A stretch of 38,425 nucleotides of DNA, taken from NCBI GenBank assembly GCA_028691595.1, contig JAQUZA010000002.1, forward strand, positions 1 to 38,425. The letters run 5' to 3'. How positions within the stretch are numbered: position 1 is the stretch's first letter; each line of letters starts with the position of its first letter. This document shows positions 27,970 through 36,532 of this stretch, one piece after another. The position numbers and the translations under genes were made by a program. This DNA is from Candidatus Rifleibacteriota bacterium (lineage in GTDB: Bacteria > Muiribacteriota > Ozemobacteria > Ozemobacterales > Ozemobacteraceae). The notes under the pieces are model-generated. The model saw only the letters and a list, made by a program, of their open reading frames with translations. It did not search any database and was not told the origin of the DNA.

Positions 27970-30835
27970 AAAACCCGTTACCCGCTGGTTGATACTTAAT
28001 TTTTCGCTGCTGTTTCTGCCAATGCTGATAATAGTTGCCGGAATCTACTACATTGTTTCTCTGCAGCAGAACGAAAGAATCAGAAATTTCGAAATTGAAG
28101 CCGCCGAAATGCTTGAATCGCTGCGCTACTATTCAGGCACCGAAAAGTATATCTGCAGCACCCTTGCCGGTATTTTTTCAGAGAACCGGGAACCAGAAAA
28201 GCTTAAAGATGCGGTTGCCAGGTTTACAGCCGACCACGCACTGGATCTGCAGTATTACATCAACAATGCCGATGGCAGCATTTTTTACAGCAATTTTCCC
28301 GTCGAACGACTGCCGGGAGATGTTTCATGGGCGTTTAAGTCGATGAATATTCTCAAAAATGACGGTTACGCCGGCGGCGAGCGCAAAATCCCCAAAGATG
28401 TCTACGCCAATCTCAGATCGGTTTATGGTCAGCATTTCTTTCCCAGATACTATAACAGGTGCTTTTCTGGTAAGAATCTGACTCTTAGACGCACTTCGGC
28501 TGCTGCTGATAAACCTATGCTGTGGCTGAACGTCAGCGAAACAACGGGCCTCTCGGTCTTTGTTCCGCCTGAAGCCATCGACAGCTTCTGCGGTGTCCGC
28601 TATCATGCCCGCCAGCACCGTGAGAAGCTCATCGCCGGCTTTATCAGAAATGGCAACGTCGACTGTTATGACCCTTTGTTGAGCACCGCCGTCAGTAATC
28701 AGGCTGAAATGTTGCAGAACAGCCTGAGCAGCATAGTCAAATTGAGTGACTACTACGTTTTGCTCAACTACATAGATTCGACAATGATGGTTTTTTGTGG
28801 CATAAAACGCGAAGATATCGAGCGGGTAAGCTTTACTTATACGACTCTGGTCATGATTCTAACATTGTTTATCGGCATGGCCATTTTTGCCGGCATGAGC
28901 TACCTGGTCGTGGTGAGGGGCAAGGTTCTATCGCTGCGCCTGAAGCTGCAGCTGCTGGTTCTTTTCGTTTCTTCGAATGCCATGGCAGGTTTTGTTCTAT
29001 ATACTATTGGTTCCGATTATCTGCAACAATTCAGGTCTGGTCTCATTAACGATGCATATTATGATGGCATGGCCTACCTGCAGAGCATTGATGAATTGTA
29101 CAGCAATGAACTTACGGTGCAAAAAGAACGCCTCGACAGGCATTTGCTTGATTTTAAGCGGAGTTTAAAGAAAAAGGGGCCTTCAAAGCGTTCAGTTCTT
29201 AGATTCATTAAAAGTCAGAATCCAAGGCCGCACGGCTTTTTTCTCGTTGCCAGCAGCACCGGTATTGTGGCCGGTGACCGCGGAATTCTCAAAGATGAAA
29301 AAGTCTACGAAAAATTTACTTCAAAATTTCACGAAGACAAATTGCGCATCAATACCATGAAGGCAATGTCCAAAATTGGCAACTTTGTTCTGGCCTCACT
29401 GAATAAACAGACAATCACCAGTAAGGCCGGCACTGAGGCCGAACTGATAACCGAAACGGTGGCGCAGCAAAGCCCGGCCGATCTCATCAGAAAATTTGCC
29501 GATCAGGGTTCATTTTCAGAATGGGGAGTCGGTGAACGGATTCACCCGACATTTGTCAGCCTGATGAAGCTTTTTGACAAGGTAATGTATGACTATATGC
29601 TCCTCTACCTCTGGGACTCAGACGACCTCGAAATCTCATTCATCGAAAGAGTATTTCTAAATCTGGGCAGAAACGAACTTGGACTGCAGGTTATGATCGT
29701 TGACGAAAAATTTGTGCGCGGTTACCCCGTAGATATCCTCACAAACCCACGTCTGAGAAATTTTGCCCTTAAACTTCGCGACCGTAGTATCACCCGCCCT
29801 GAGTTGTGCGATTATAAAGGCTCAGAGTTTCTAATGCTTGGGCATAAATGCGTGGCAATGAAAAATATCAGACTGCTGGGTCTTTTTCCCATTGAAAAAA
29901 TCGCTGTTCAGGTTGGCGAAAAAACATGGTTGCTTGCCTTGCTCGCCCTGGTAAGCTTTTTGATTTCTATTTCAATCAGTCTTTTCATTTCGGGAAGCAT
30001 TTTGCGCCCTCTTGGTGAGTTACAGACCGGTGTTACCGCTTTGAATGAAAGAAATTTTTCCTGGCGGGTGCCTGACCTTGGGGGTGACGAGTTCGGTCAC
30101 CTTGCCGCTATTTTTAATGAGACGCTGATTGACCTTGAAGAACTGCACGTTGCTTCTCAAGTTCAGGAAAAGCTGTTAACTCAGATGCAGGGCCCTTCTT
30201 CTGTGGGTTGCCTCAGCTTTTTATGCGTGCTGGGTGCCAGTTCGGCTTATGGCGGCGACTATTTTGATCTGATCGATATTGATGCTTCAGAAAGGTCCAT
30301 AATTTTTGGCAGGGTGACCGAACCGGGTGTGGCAGGCAGTCTGGTGCTGGCTTTTGTAAAATCAGCCACCATGCAGCTGCAGAGCAGGTACCCGCGACCC
30401 GATCTGCTGGCTGCTGAACTCAACGCTCTGCTTGCCGGCAGCAGCGAAAGCGGCGGCAATAAAACCATGCAACTGCAGAATCTTCTGCTTCACTCTGACG
30501 GAAAAATTGAATTTGCCGGGGCAGGCGTGCCAACCATGCTGCTTTTCGATAGTGTTTCCGGCAAAATTGCCTCGATCGAATACGATAGCGCTGAACTAGG
30601 CAAAACCACCGGCAGAAGCTTTAAGCTTACTCAGGTGCAGCTTGAACCAGGTCAGGTTTTTATTATGACAACTGCAATTTTTAAGAATTCAGATTGTCTC
30701 AGCACAGAGCTATGTCGCTGCCAGAACCCATCATTAGACCAGATTTGCCGTGTTTTTGCCGGATGCTGTGCTGCTGGTGGCAATGAGGTGCCCCCGGTTC
30801 TCGTGATTGCTCATGAAAAAGCGCCAGCTGTCTGA
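27962..30835 (+). CDS. Membrane receptor B2: paralogue of B1 with HAMP plus a degenerate SpoIIE/PP2C-like domain (probable pseudophosphatase)
   Basis: Listed ORF 27800..30835 is trimmed to the ATG at 27962 (ATGACTGA overlap with the A2 stop, AGGGGGG 5 nt upstream), giving MTEKPVTRWLILNFSLLFLPML with a TM helix, as in B1. HAMP block LRPLGELQTGVTALNERNFSWRVPDLGGDEFGHLAAIFNETLIDL. GGDYFDL is kept, but GDVAG becomes GRVTEPGVAG, LYTDG becomes IMTTAIF, and the terminal DD motif is absent. Confidence 0.8.
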   Translation: MTEKPVTRWLILNFSLLFLPMLIIVAGIYYIVSLQQNERIRNFEIEAAEMLESLRYYSGTEKYICSTLAGIFSENREPEKLKDAVARFTADHALDLQYYINNADGSIFYSNFPVERLPGDVSWAFKSMNILKNDGYAGGERKIPKDVYANLRSVYGQHFFPRYYNRCFSGKNLTLRRTSAAADKPMLWLNVSETTGLSVFVPPEAIDSFCGVRYHARQHREKLIAGFIRNGNVDCYDPLLSTAVSNQAEMLQNSLSSIVKLSDYYVLLNYIDSTMMVFCGIKREDIERVSFTYTTLVMILTLFIGMAIFAGMSYLVVVRGKVLSLRLKLQLLVLFVSSNAMAGFVLYTIGSDYLQQFRSGLINDAYYDGMAYLQSIDELYSNELTVQKERLDRHLLDFKRSLKKKGPSKRSVLRFIKSQNPRPHGFFLVASSTGIVAGDRGILKDEKVYEKFTSKFHEDKLRINTMKAMSKIGNFVLASLNKQTITSKAGTEAELITETVAQQSPADLIRKFADQGSFSEWGVGERIHPTFVSLMKLFDKVMYDYMLLYLWDSDDLEISFIERVFLNLGRNELGLQVMIVDEKFVRGYPVDILTNPRLRNFALKLRDRSITRPELCDYKGSEFLMLGHKCVAMKNIRLLGLFPIEKIAVQVGEKTWLLALLALVSFLISISISLFISGSILRPLGELQTGVTALNERNFSWRVPDLGGDEFGHLAAIFNETLIDLEELHVASQVQEKLLTQMQGPSSVGCLSFLCVLGASSAYGGDYFDLIDIDASERSIIFGRVTEPGVAGSLVLAFVKSATMQLQSRYPRPDLLAAELNALLAGSSESGGNKTMQLQNLLLHSDGKIEFAGAGVPTMLLFDSVSGKIASIEYDSAELGKTTGRSFKLTQVQLEPGQVFIMTTAIFKNSDCLSTELCRCQNPSLDQICRVFAGCCAAGGNEVPPVLVIAHEKAPAV

Positions 30836-30847
30836 GTTATTAAAGCC

Positions 30848-31654
30848 TCAGATCGCTTCGCCTAAATTTATCAGCCTGTTGATGCGGTTTTCATACATGT
30901 GTGACTGTATCGAACTGGTCTCTTCACAAGTTTTTCCAGCGAATTTCCCGGCCCACTCGAAACCGGCTTTCAGCAACATCGGCAGCAGCATACACCTCAG
31001 TCGCAAGTCGTTGCGGGTTTTAACCGTTTCTTTAAGAAAAGCCTGAGCCGGGCCGCTTGAACTGTTTATGGTTCTGATCAACCACCAGCGAAGATCATCA
31101 TTAAAAGGCCCGCTGAATAATTCGGCCAGCTTCGCCCGCGCCGCTCTTTCGCGTTCGATCAGGGCACATGCCTGAACCGTCTGTGGTTGTGGCTTGCGCT
31201 CTATGTTTCCTTCAACAAGCAGAAAAAGCATTTCGATATGGGTGGGATCGGCTGTATTAAAAGATCTGGCAATTATTGATGCCTGCTCATCGATACTTCT
31301 GGCTTTGGCAAATTCAGAATTCAGGTATTCGAAGGTTTCATGGGCAAACTGGATCGGCAGTTCGGCAAAGCGCAGAATTTCTGACCAGTCATCACGCGAG
31401 CCCGACAGCTGGTGAAAAAATGCCAGCTTTTCTGGCAGTGAAGCTGCTATTGAACTGATAATTTCATGCAGAATTTTTCTGGCCGGGTATTCGGGAGAAG
31501 TTTCGAGCAGATCTATATAGGCGATAAAGTCCTGCCAGGTCTGCAGTTCTTCAGCAGAACAGGAGGCGCAGGCATATTGACCGCTGGCAATTTCTTTTAA
31601 ACGACGGTCTTTGATAATTCCCAGTAATTGCAGAAATCTTCGTATCGCTTCCAT
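30848..31654 (-). CDS. Hypothetical protein, no family recognised
   Basis: 268-aa ORF with ordinary soluble-protein composition, convergent with B2 (12-nt gap). No competing ORF of comparable length. Confidence 0.55.
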   Translation of the reverse strand: MEAIRRFLQLLGIIKDRRLKEIASGQYACASCSAEELQTWQDFIAYIDLLETSPEYPARKILHEIISSIAASLPEKLAFFHQLSGSRDDWSEILRFAELPIQFAHETFEYLNSEFAKARSIDEQASIIARSFNTADPTHIEMLFLLVEGNIERKPQPQTVQACALIERERAARAKLAELFSGPFNDDLRWWLIRTINSSSGPAQAFLKETVKTRNDLRLRCMLLPMLLKAGFEWAGKFAGKTCEETSSIQSHMYENRINRLINLGEAI

Positions 31655-31789
31655 TTGAGATGATTATAGCCAATAAATCAAAAGCTTTCCATGGTTTTCT
31701 AACGCCCGCAACTTAAGTCTGATTGCTTGATGATTTCAAAACAATATCATAGAATAGCCGTTAACACTTTGTGTCACTGGAGGGCTCAC

Positions 31790-32587
31790 ATGTCACTGAT
31801 TCTTGAAGCGGTAAAGGCCACAATTCCCGAGATAAGCTATTCACGACCTCTGCAGCGTGTGGCAACCTGCGCTTTTATAACCATGGTCAAGACGACAAGA
31901 CTGGGTATCTGCATGACTTTGAGCGATGACCGGGTCTTTGAGGTCAAAGTGAATCTTCCCGTTTCGCATATGGGTGAGATTGAGTCTCTCAGTCTTAAAA
32001 AAGTTTTGACCTGGACCGATTCACTTCAGGGTATTGAGCGATCGTTTGCCCTCGCTGCCATGAACAGTGCTCTACCCCTCGATGGCAAGAAATACTTTGC
32101 CGGGAATGCGCTTGAATTGACGGCAAAACTCGGAGCTGGCAAAAAAGTGGCTGTTATCGGTCATTTTCCGCACCTTGAAAAGATACGACAGCAGGCTTCG
32201 GAGTTTTCAATTATCGAAAAAAGGCCGCAGGACGGAGATTTCCATGCCGAGGATGCGGTAAAAATTATTCCTCAGGCTGATGTGGTTACCATGACCGGTG
32301 TGACCTGTCTCAACGATACCATAGAGGGGCTTCTGGCCCTTAAAAAGCCGGGTTCGACCTTTATTGTGCTAGGTCCTTCGGTTCCTGTGAGTTCTGCTCT
32401 TTTTGACTTCGGCGTTGATGTGATAGGCGGTGCCTGGGTTGAAGATGAAGTCGACTGCTACAATCGTATCCTCCAGGGGGCCGCTCCACGCTATCTTCCG
32501 GGCCTTCGCAGCGTGCTCTATCCCAAAAATCCTGATTTGTTAGCGGGTTACGAAGAAATAACTCCAAAAATAACCCGCCCGCTCTGA
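31790..32587 (+). CDS. DUF364/DUF4213-type Rossmann-like protein (so-called putative heavy-metal chelation domain)
   Basis: Listed ORF 31727 (TTG) is trimmed to the ATG at 31790, preceded by GGAGGG (31779-31784). KKVAVIGHFPHLEKIR...IIEKRPQ.GD....A..IIPQADVV.MTG.T..N.T...LL......FIVLGPS.P....LF..GVD.IGG is the DUF364 pattern as I remember it. Confidence 0.65.
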   Translation: MSLILEAVKATIPEISYSRPLQRVATCAFITMVKTTRLGICMTLSDDRVFEVKVNLPVSHMGEIESLSLKKVLTWTDSLQGIERSFALAAMNSALPLDGKKYFAGNALELTAKLGAGKKVAVIGHFPHLEKIRQQASEFSIIEKRPQDGDFHAEDAVKIIPQADVVTMTGVTCLNDTIEGLLALKKPGSTFIVLGPSVPVSSALFDFGVDVIGGAWVEDEVDCYNRILQGAAPRYLPGLRSVLYPKNPDLLAGYEEITPKITRPL

Positions 32588-32615
32588 GGCAAATATTTTT
32601 GGCCTGAACATAACT

Positions 32616-32658
32616 GAACCCTGTTGCTGTAAGGCTTTGCCGGCCAGCAACAGGGTTC
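32616..32658. terminator. Hairpin between convergent genes (DUF364-like and M42 peptidase)
   Basis: GAACCCTGTTGCTG (32616-32629) pairs perfectly with CAGCAACAGGGTTC (32645-32658). The flanking T-runs are weak (TTGTT). Confidence 0.55.
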
Positions 32659-32675
32659 TTGTTACACGCGACTTA

Positions 32676-33731
32676 TTAAGGCAGAACCGGGCGCAGGTCT
32701 TCTTTTCCTGTCAGGCTGGCAATGGTTTCGACCAGCAGATCGATTATCTGTTGTATATCGTTAAGTGAGCCCATCTCGACAGGTGAGTGCATGTAGCGCA
32801 ATGGCAGTGACAGCAGCGAAACCGGAACCCCTTCGCCGCTGAACATTATTTTGTCGGCATCAGTACTGGTTCTGGAAGGGGTCAGCTCAAACTGAATCGG
32901 CATTTTCAGCTTTTTTGCCGCCTTTTCGATCAGTTCGTTGATTTTTACGTTGATCGGGCTGCCAACCGAGAGCGCCGGGCCCTTATCGAGAAAGACTTCG
33001 GCCCTGTTGGTTTCTTCTCCCGGAGTATCGGTGTTGAAGGTGACATCACAGGCAATGCCCATGCTGGGCTTGATGACTGCCCCGGCGCAGTGAGCCCCAC
33101 GCATGTTGGTTTCTTCCCCGGTGGTGCTGACTGCATACACACCTACTTTTAGCTTCTTTTTACTGAGTTTTTTCAAGGTTTCAGCCACGATGAATGACCC
33201 GGTTTTATTGTCGAGACCTTTGCAGACAACTCGATCATTATTGAGTATTTCAGGGTCACTGTGATAAAGAATGTAGTCGCCGACCCGCACGAGTTTTTTT
33301 AAATCTTCGCCTTTGCTGAAGCCGCAATCGATGAAATAATCTTCACATTTTGGCTTGCCACCGCCTTCGCCGTAAAGTTTGCGGTTGAAGCCGATGACAC
33401 CCCTGACGGTTGTCCCTTTATAACCAAGAATTTCAACTTTCAGGCCCGGCAAAAGGTATGGGTTAATACCTCCAGACTGGTTGAAATACACGAAACCCCT
33501 GTCGTCGATGCGGTTGACCATCAGGCCAATTTCGTCACTGTGACCGGCGAGCAAGACCTTGAAAGGTGCTTCAGGGTTGAGAATTCCGATGGCATTGCCC
33601 GAATGGTCAGTGTTTACCATGGCAAATTTTTTGACATAATCAAGCCATATTCTCTGCAGACGAGATTCAGAACCAGAGGGTGACGGTGTGCTCAGTAGTT
33701 TGAGCAGAAAATCAAGTGAGGATTTTTCCAT
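32676..33731 (-). CDS. M42-family metallo-aminopeptidase (FrvX / CelM / glutamyl aminopeptidase-like)
   Basis: 351 aa. LLKLLSTPSPSGSE, LLAGHSDEIGLMVNRIDDRGFVYF..SGG, KGLDNKTG, TGEETNMRGA, and a C-terminal LPLRYMHSPVE. Confidence 0.85.
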   Translation of the reverse strand: MEKSSLDFLLKLLSTPSPSGSESRLQRIWLDYVKKFAMVNTDHSGNAIGILNPEAPFKVLLAGHSDEIGLMVNRIDDRGFVYFNQSGGINPYLLPGLKVEILGYKGTTVRGVIGFNRKLYGEGGGKPKCEDYFIDCGFSKGEDLKKLVRVGDYILYHSDPEILNNDRVVCKGLDNKTGSFIVAETLKKLSKKKLKVGVYAVSTTGEETNMRGAHCAGAVIKPSMGIACDVTFNTDTPGEETNRAEVFLDKGPALSVGSPINVKINELIEKAAKKLKMPIQFELTPSRTSTDADKIMFSGEGVPVSLLSLPLRYMHSPVEMGSLNDIQQIIDLLVETIASLTGKEDLRPVLP

Positions 33732-33847
33732 GTTTTTGCCACTTCCAGATTAAATGTACAGATCAATTAATCTATCGACCGCAAAAAGCAAATTTTTATT
33801 AAATGCTGCAGGATATCTGCAAGGCAGACAAAAAAAGGCTGACAGGC

Positions 33848-34774
33848 TTAGTTCTCTCTGTGAAAGCCCTTAAACCGATATGCCGGCGGTACAGCCGCCC
33901 GCAGCAGCGGTCTGAAAACCATCAGCCCTTTGACCTGTCTGGCAGCCTGCAGGTAACCCACAAGATCCTGCTCAGTTACACGGTTCAATTTTGAAGAAGC
34001 GTGTCGCAACAGCTTTTGCCCGCTATGCTCGATATAAAAGCCCATGTGGGTGACATCCAGACCCTCTTTATCGGTGACCATGGCCACAATATCACCCGAC
34101 CGCAGCGGCGCTTTTCCTTCAACAACGGTCTGCGTCGTAAAATACCACATCAATTGCGGCCTGGTGGCGGTCATAAAGCGATCCTCGATGTAATAGGTTC
34201 GATTGCTGCCGACCCGGTTGAGGAAAAGGCCACGACTGACCGCGAGCGGGTGATGCCTGGCAATATTGGCCAGATAACCCTTGCGCTCATTAACATCACC
34301 CCAGTGTGAAGTGAAATGGTTGCGATGATGGTTCATCAGAGGCTTGCCGCCAGCATCGAACATGATGTCGATCAGCCGGCAGAGAAATTCATTCTCATAA
34401 GCAGGCCGAGAACACGAGGCCATTGCCAGAACATGCTCGACATAGGTCATGCAATCGAGCCAGGTCATGCTGGTTGGCAAAAATGCGAGTGGCAGGGGCT
34501 CTGAATTGGTTGCCTCTTTCTTTTCGACCTTTTTCGCGTGCTGACCGGCAATTCTTTTTTTTGTTTCCGGACGGTATTTACGCCCGATAAGATACTTCGA
34601 AATAAATTCAACACGCCTTTTCTGTGGGAGCTTGAGTGCTCCCGCAATAAGACGGGTTACTTCTGCGGCATCGTTAGAAATTGGCAGGTTTACTTCTGGT
34701 ACCACCATGGGCGTTTCAGCGGCAAGGCAGGCGGCATTAAGCATCAGGCAAAGCAGAAAAAGTCTGTAAAACAA
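33848..34774 (-). CDS. Secreted DUF1460-like protein (papain-like / amidase-like cysteine hydrolase fold)
   Basis: 308 aa. TTG start 9 nt after AAGGAG. Signal-peptide-like MFYRLFLLCLMLNAACLAAE. LDCMTYVEHVLAMA and DVTHMGFYIE....LLRHAS resemble the Cys and His blocks of DUF1460 as I recall them. Confidence 0.6.
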   Translation of the reverse strand: MFYRLFLLCLMLNAACLAAETPMVVPEVNLPISNDAAEVTRLIAGALKLPQKRRVEFISKYLIGRKYRPETKKRIAGQHAKKVEKKEATNSEPLPLAFLPTSMTWLDCMTYVEHVLAMASCSRPAYENEFLCRLIDIMFDAGGKPLMNHHRNHFTSHWGDVNERKGYLANIARHHPLAVSRGLFLNRVGSNRTYYIEDRFMTATRPQLMWYFTTQTVVEGKAPLRSGDIVAMVTDKEGLDVTHMGFYIEHSGQKLLRHASSKLNRVTEQDLVGYLQAARQVKGLMVFRPLLRAAVPPAYRFKGFHREN

Positions 34775-34993
34775 AGGTTATATCTCCTTGAGTGCTGGCA
34801 CTCACGATTCTGGTTGATGATTTTCTCAGTTACCGGCGGCGTGACCTGTAGCAGATGTTCTGACTCTTTATGGTTGAAACCTTTAAGATGAGCTTTGTGA
34901 GAATAGTCAGCACCAGACAATTCTACCACAACGAGCCCCTGATAATTAACCAGCGGATTTTGCAAATTTCATGCAGTCAGGGGTATTTGCCGC

Positions 34994-35023
34994 AAAAAAA
35001 AAGGACCGGGCTTAACCCGGGCC
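34994..35023 (-). terminator. Orphan minus-strand intrinsic terminator inside a gene-free region
   Basis: Plus strand A9 (34994-35002), then GGACCGGGC-TTAA-CCCGGGCC. On the minus strand this reads as a GC-rich hairpin (one A.G mismatch) followed by T9. A second, weaker minus-strand hairpin GCTGGCAG...CTGCCAGC plus CCTTTTCT lies at 35121-35160. Confidence 0.5.
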
Positions 35024-35549
35024 TGAAAAATAAGGAGGCAAACAAATCCATGAACCCTTTCGAACAAAGATGATGTTTTATTAACGATTATTTTTTTTAT
35101 ACAGACAAACAACCACAGACAGAAAAGGGCTGGCAGATTCAAGCCCGGCTGCCTGCCAGCAGCGAAAAACATCTAATTCTCTAAAGTTATTTATTTCACA
35201 AGCTAAGTGTGTTGTACCAGAGGGGCGGGAAGTTTATAGATTCTGGTTAGCTGTTTTTTTGTTTAATGAGGGGGCATGGCTTATTTCTGTGATTATCGCA
35301 GATAAATCATCCAGTAAAATCGGGTGCGGGAAATACGGAGAGCAATGTAGTTCAAATTTGCCAGAAGGCCATTTTGACGTTTTGGCCAATTTTTGAGCTT
35401 TGTGAAACAACTGTCGGGTTTAAGGCCGGCACAGACCGGTTTAAATGCATTACAAGTAATCATTGAGCTGCTTTTCATCTTGTAGTCAGCAATAATATTG
35501 TCTGTCTGATTTGCTTTGTTTTTTGGTAAACTTTTTTTACTCTCAAAGG

Positions 35550-35555
35550 TATAAT
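35550..35555 (+). promoter_or_regulatory. -10 element (TATAAT) upstream of the SH3b-hydrolase gene
   Basis: GGTATAAT, the same extended context as at 24971-24978, about 100 nt upstream of the ATG at 35654. No convincing -35. Confidence 0.3.
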
Positions 35556-35653
35556 GATTGTGAGTTAAAAGAAGGGGAGCTTTTGCCGGTTATTTAAGAG
35601 CTTGAACCTGTGTTAACTTGCAGAATTGCAACATGTGAACAAGGAGAGAGACA

Positions 35654-36511
35654 ATGAAAAAACGCAAGATTCTGGCCTGCATTGTTCTGGTGCTTTTTGG
35701 TGGTTCTGTTATGGCAATGAACTTTAATGAAACCCTGAAAGGTCACGAAGCTGGTGATAAGGGTTCTGGTTCATCGAACTCTCAGAGTTCAAAAGCTGAT
35801 GACTCCGGTTCCGCAACCGGCGGTGCCGTGCTTCCTGATGGCGAAGCTTATGTGAAGGTAAATACTTCTCTTAATATTCGTACAGGTCCCTGGGGTCAGA
35901 TTGTTGGCTGGTTTCATAATAATGACAAGGTAAAGATTATTGGCAGAAGTGGTGACTGGTACAAAGTTTCTCATAACGGCCAGACCCGCTTCATTCACTC
36001 AAGATATGTTTCTTCCTCGAAGAACAGCAATCCTCCGGTAGCTTCTTCAGGTTCGACACCCATTCTCGATGTGCCCGGTTCAGGCAGTGTTGCCGCCAAA
36101 GTTGTTGCTGCAGCCAGAAATCTGGTAACCAAATATCAGACTCCACGTTCTTTTCCTTATCACCCGCTGACTCAGGGTGGTTCACTCGGCTGCGCTCAGG
36201 TTGTTACGACTGCTCTTATGGCCGCTGGTGTTAACACCGGCATTCAGCTCGGTGTTCTGGCCACCATTCCAAAGCTCAAGAGCCTTGGCTGGAAAGAAGT
36301 CAGTGTTCCGCCATATCGGGCCGGCGATGTTATCACCTGGAGAACCTATGACCGCACTGGTGACGGTAGAATGGACGACGACACCCATATCGGTATTATC
36401 ATGACCAGCGGCAACAGCGCCCAGGCCATGAGTAATTCGTCATCGATTAAACGCCCCTCTCTGCATTCTGCCACCTATTCTCCCGTCTGCAGAGTTTTGC
36501 GCAAAGCTTGA
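35654..36511 (+). CDS. Secreted SH3b-domain protein with a C-terminal papain-like (NlpC/P60- or CHAP-like) cell-wall hydrolase domain
   Basis: 285 aa. Signal peptide MKKRKILACIVLVLFGGSVMA. SH3b block YVKVNTSLNIRTGPWGQIVGWFHNNDKVKIIGRSGDWYKVSHNGQTRFIHSRYV. C-terminal candidate Cys (GGSLGCAQVVTTAL) and His (DDTHIGIIM) blocks. AAGGAGAGAG upstream. Confidence 0.7.
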   Translation: MKKRKILACIVLVLFGGSVMAMNFNETLKGHEAGDKGSGSSNSQSSKADDSGSATGGAVLPDGEAYVKVNTSLNIRTGPWGQIVGWFHNNDKVKIIGRSGDWYKVSHNGQTRFIHSRYVSSSKNSNPPVASSGSTPILDVPGSGSVAAKVVAAARNLVTKYQTPRSFPYHPLTQGGSLGCAQVVTTALMAAGVNTGIQLGVLATIPKLKSLGWKEVSVPPYRAGDVITWRTYDRTGDGRMDDDTHIGIIMTSGNSAQAMSNSSSIKRPSLHSATYSPVCRVLRKA

Positions 36512-36532
36512 TCAAGAAAGGTTCTTAAAGCA

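Noticed and set aside
35032-35073. AAGGAGG followed by a 7-codon ORF (MNPFEQR) as a possible leader peptide
   Set aside because: The 11-nt spacing is long and the peptide has no regulatory-codon bias. The AAGGAGG abuts a hairpin that functions as a terminator on the opposite strand.
35300-35653. A c-di-AMP (ydaO-type) riboswitch upstream of the NlpC/P60-like hydrolase gene, as in Firmicutes and Actinobacteria
   Set aside because: I could not find the conserved ydaO core strings. The best -10 element (35550) leaves only about a 100-nt leader, which is too short for that aptamer.
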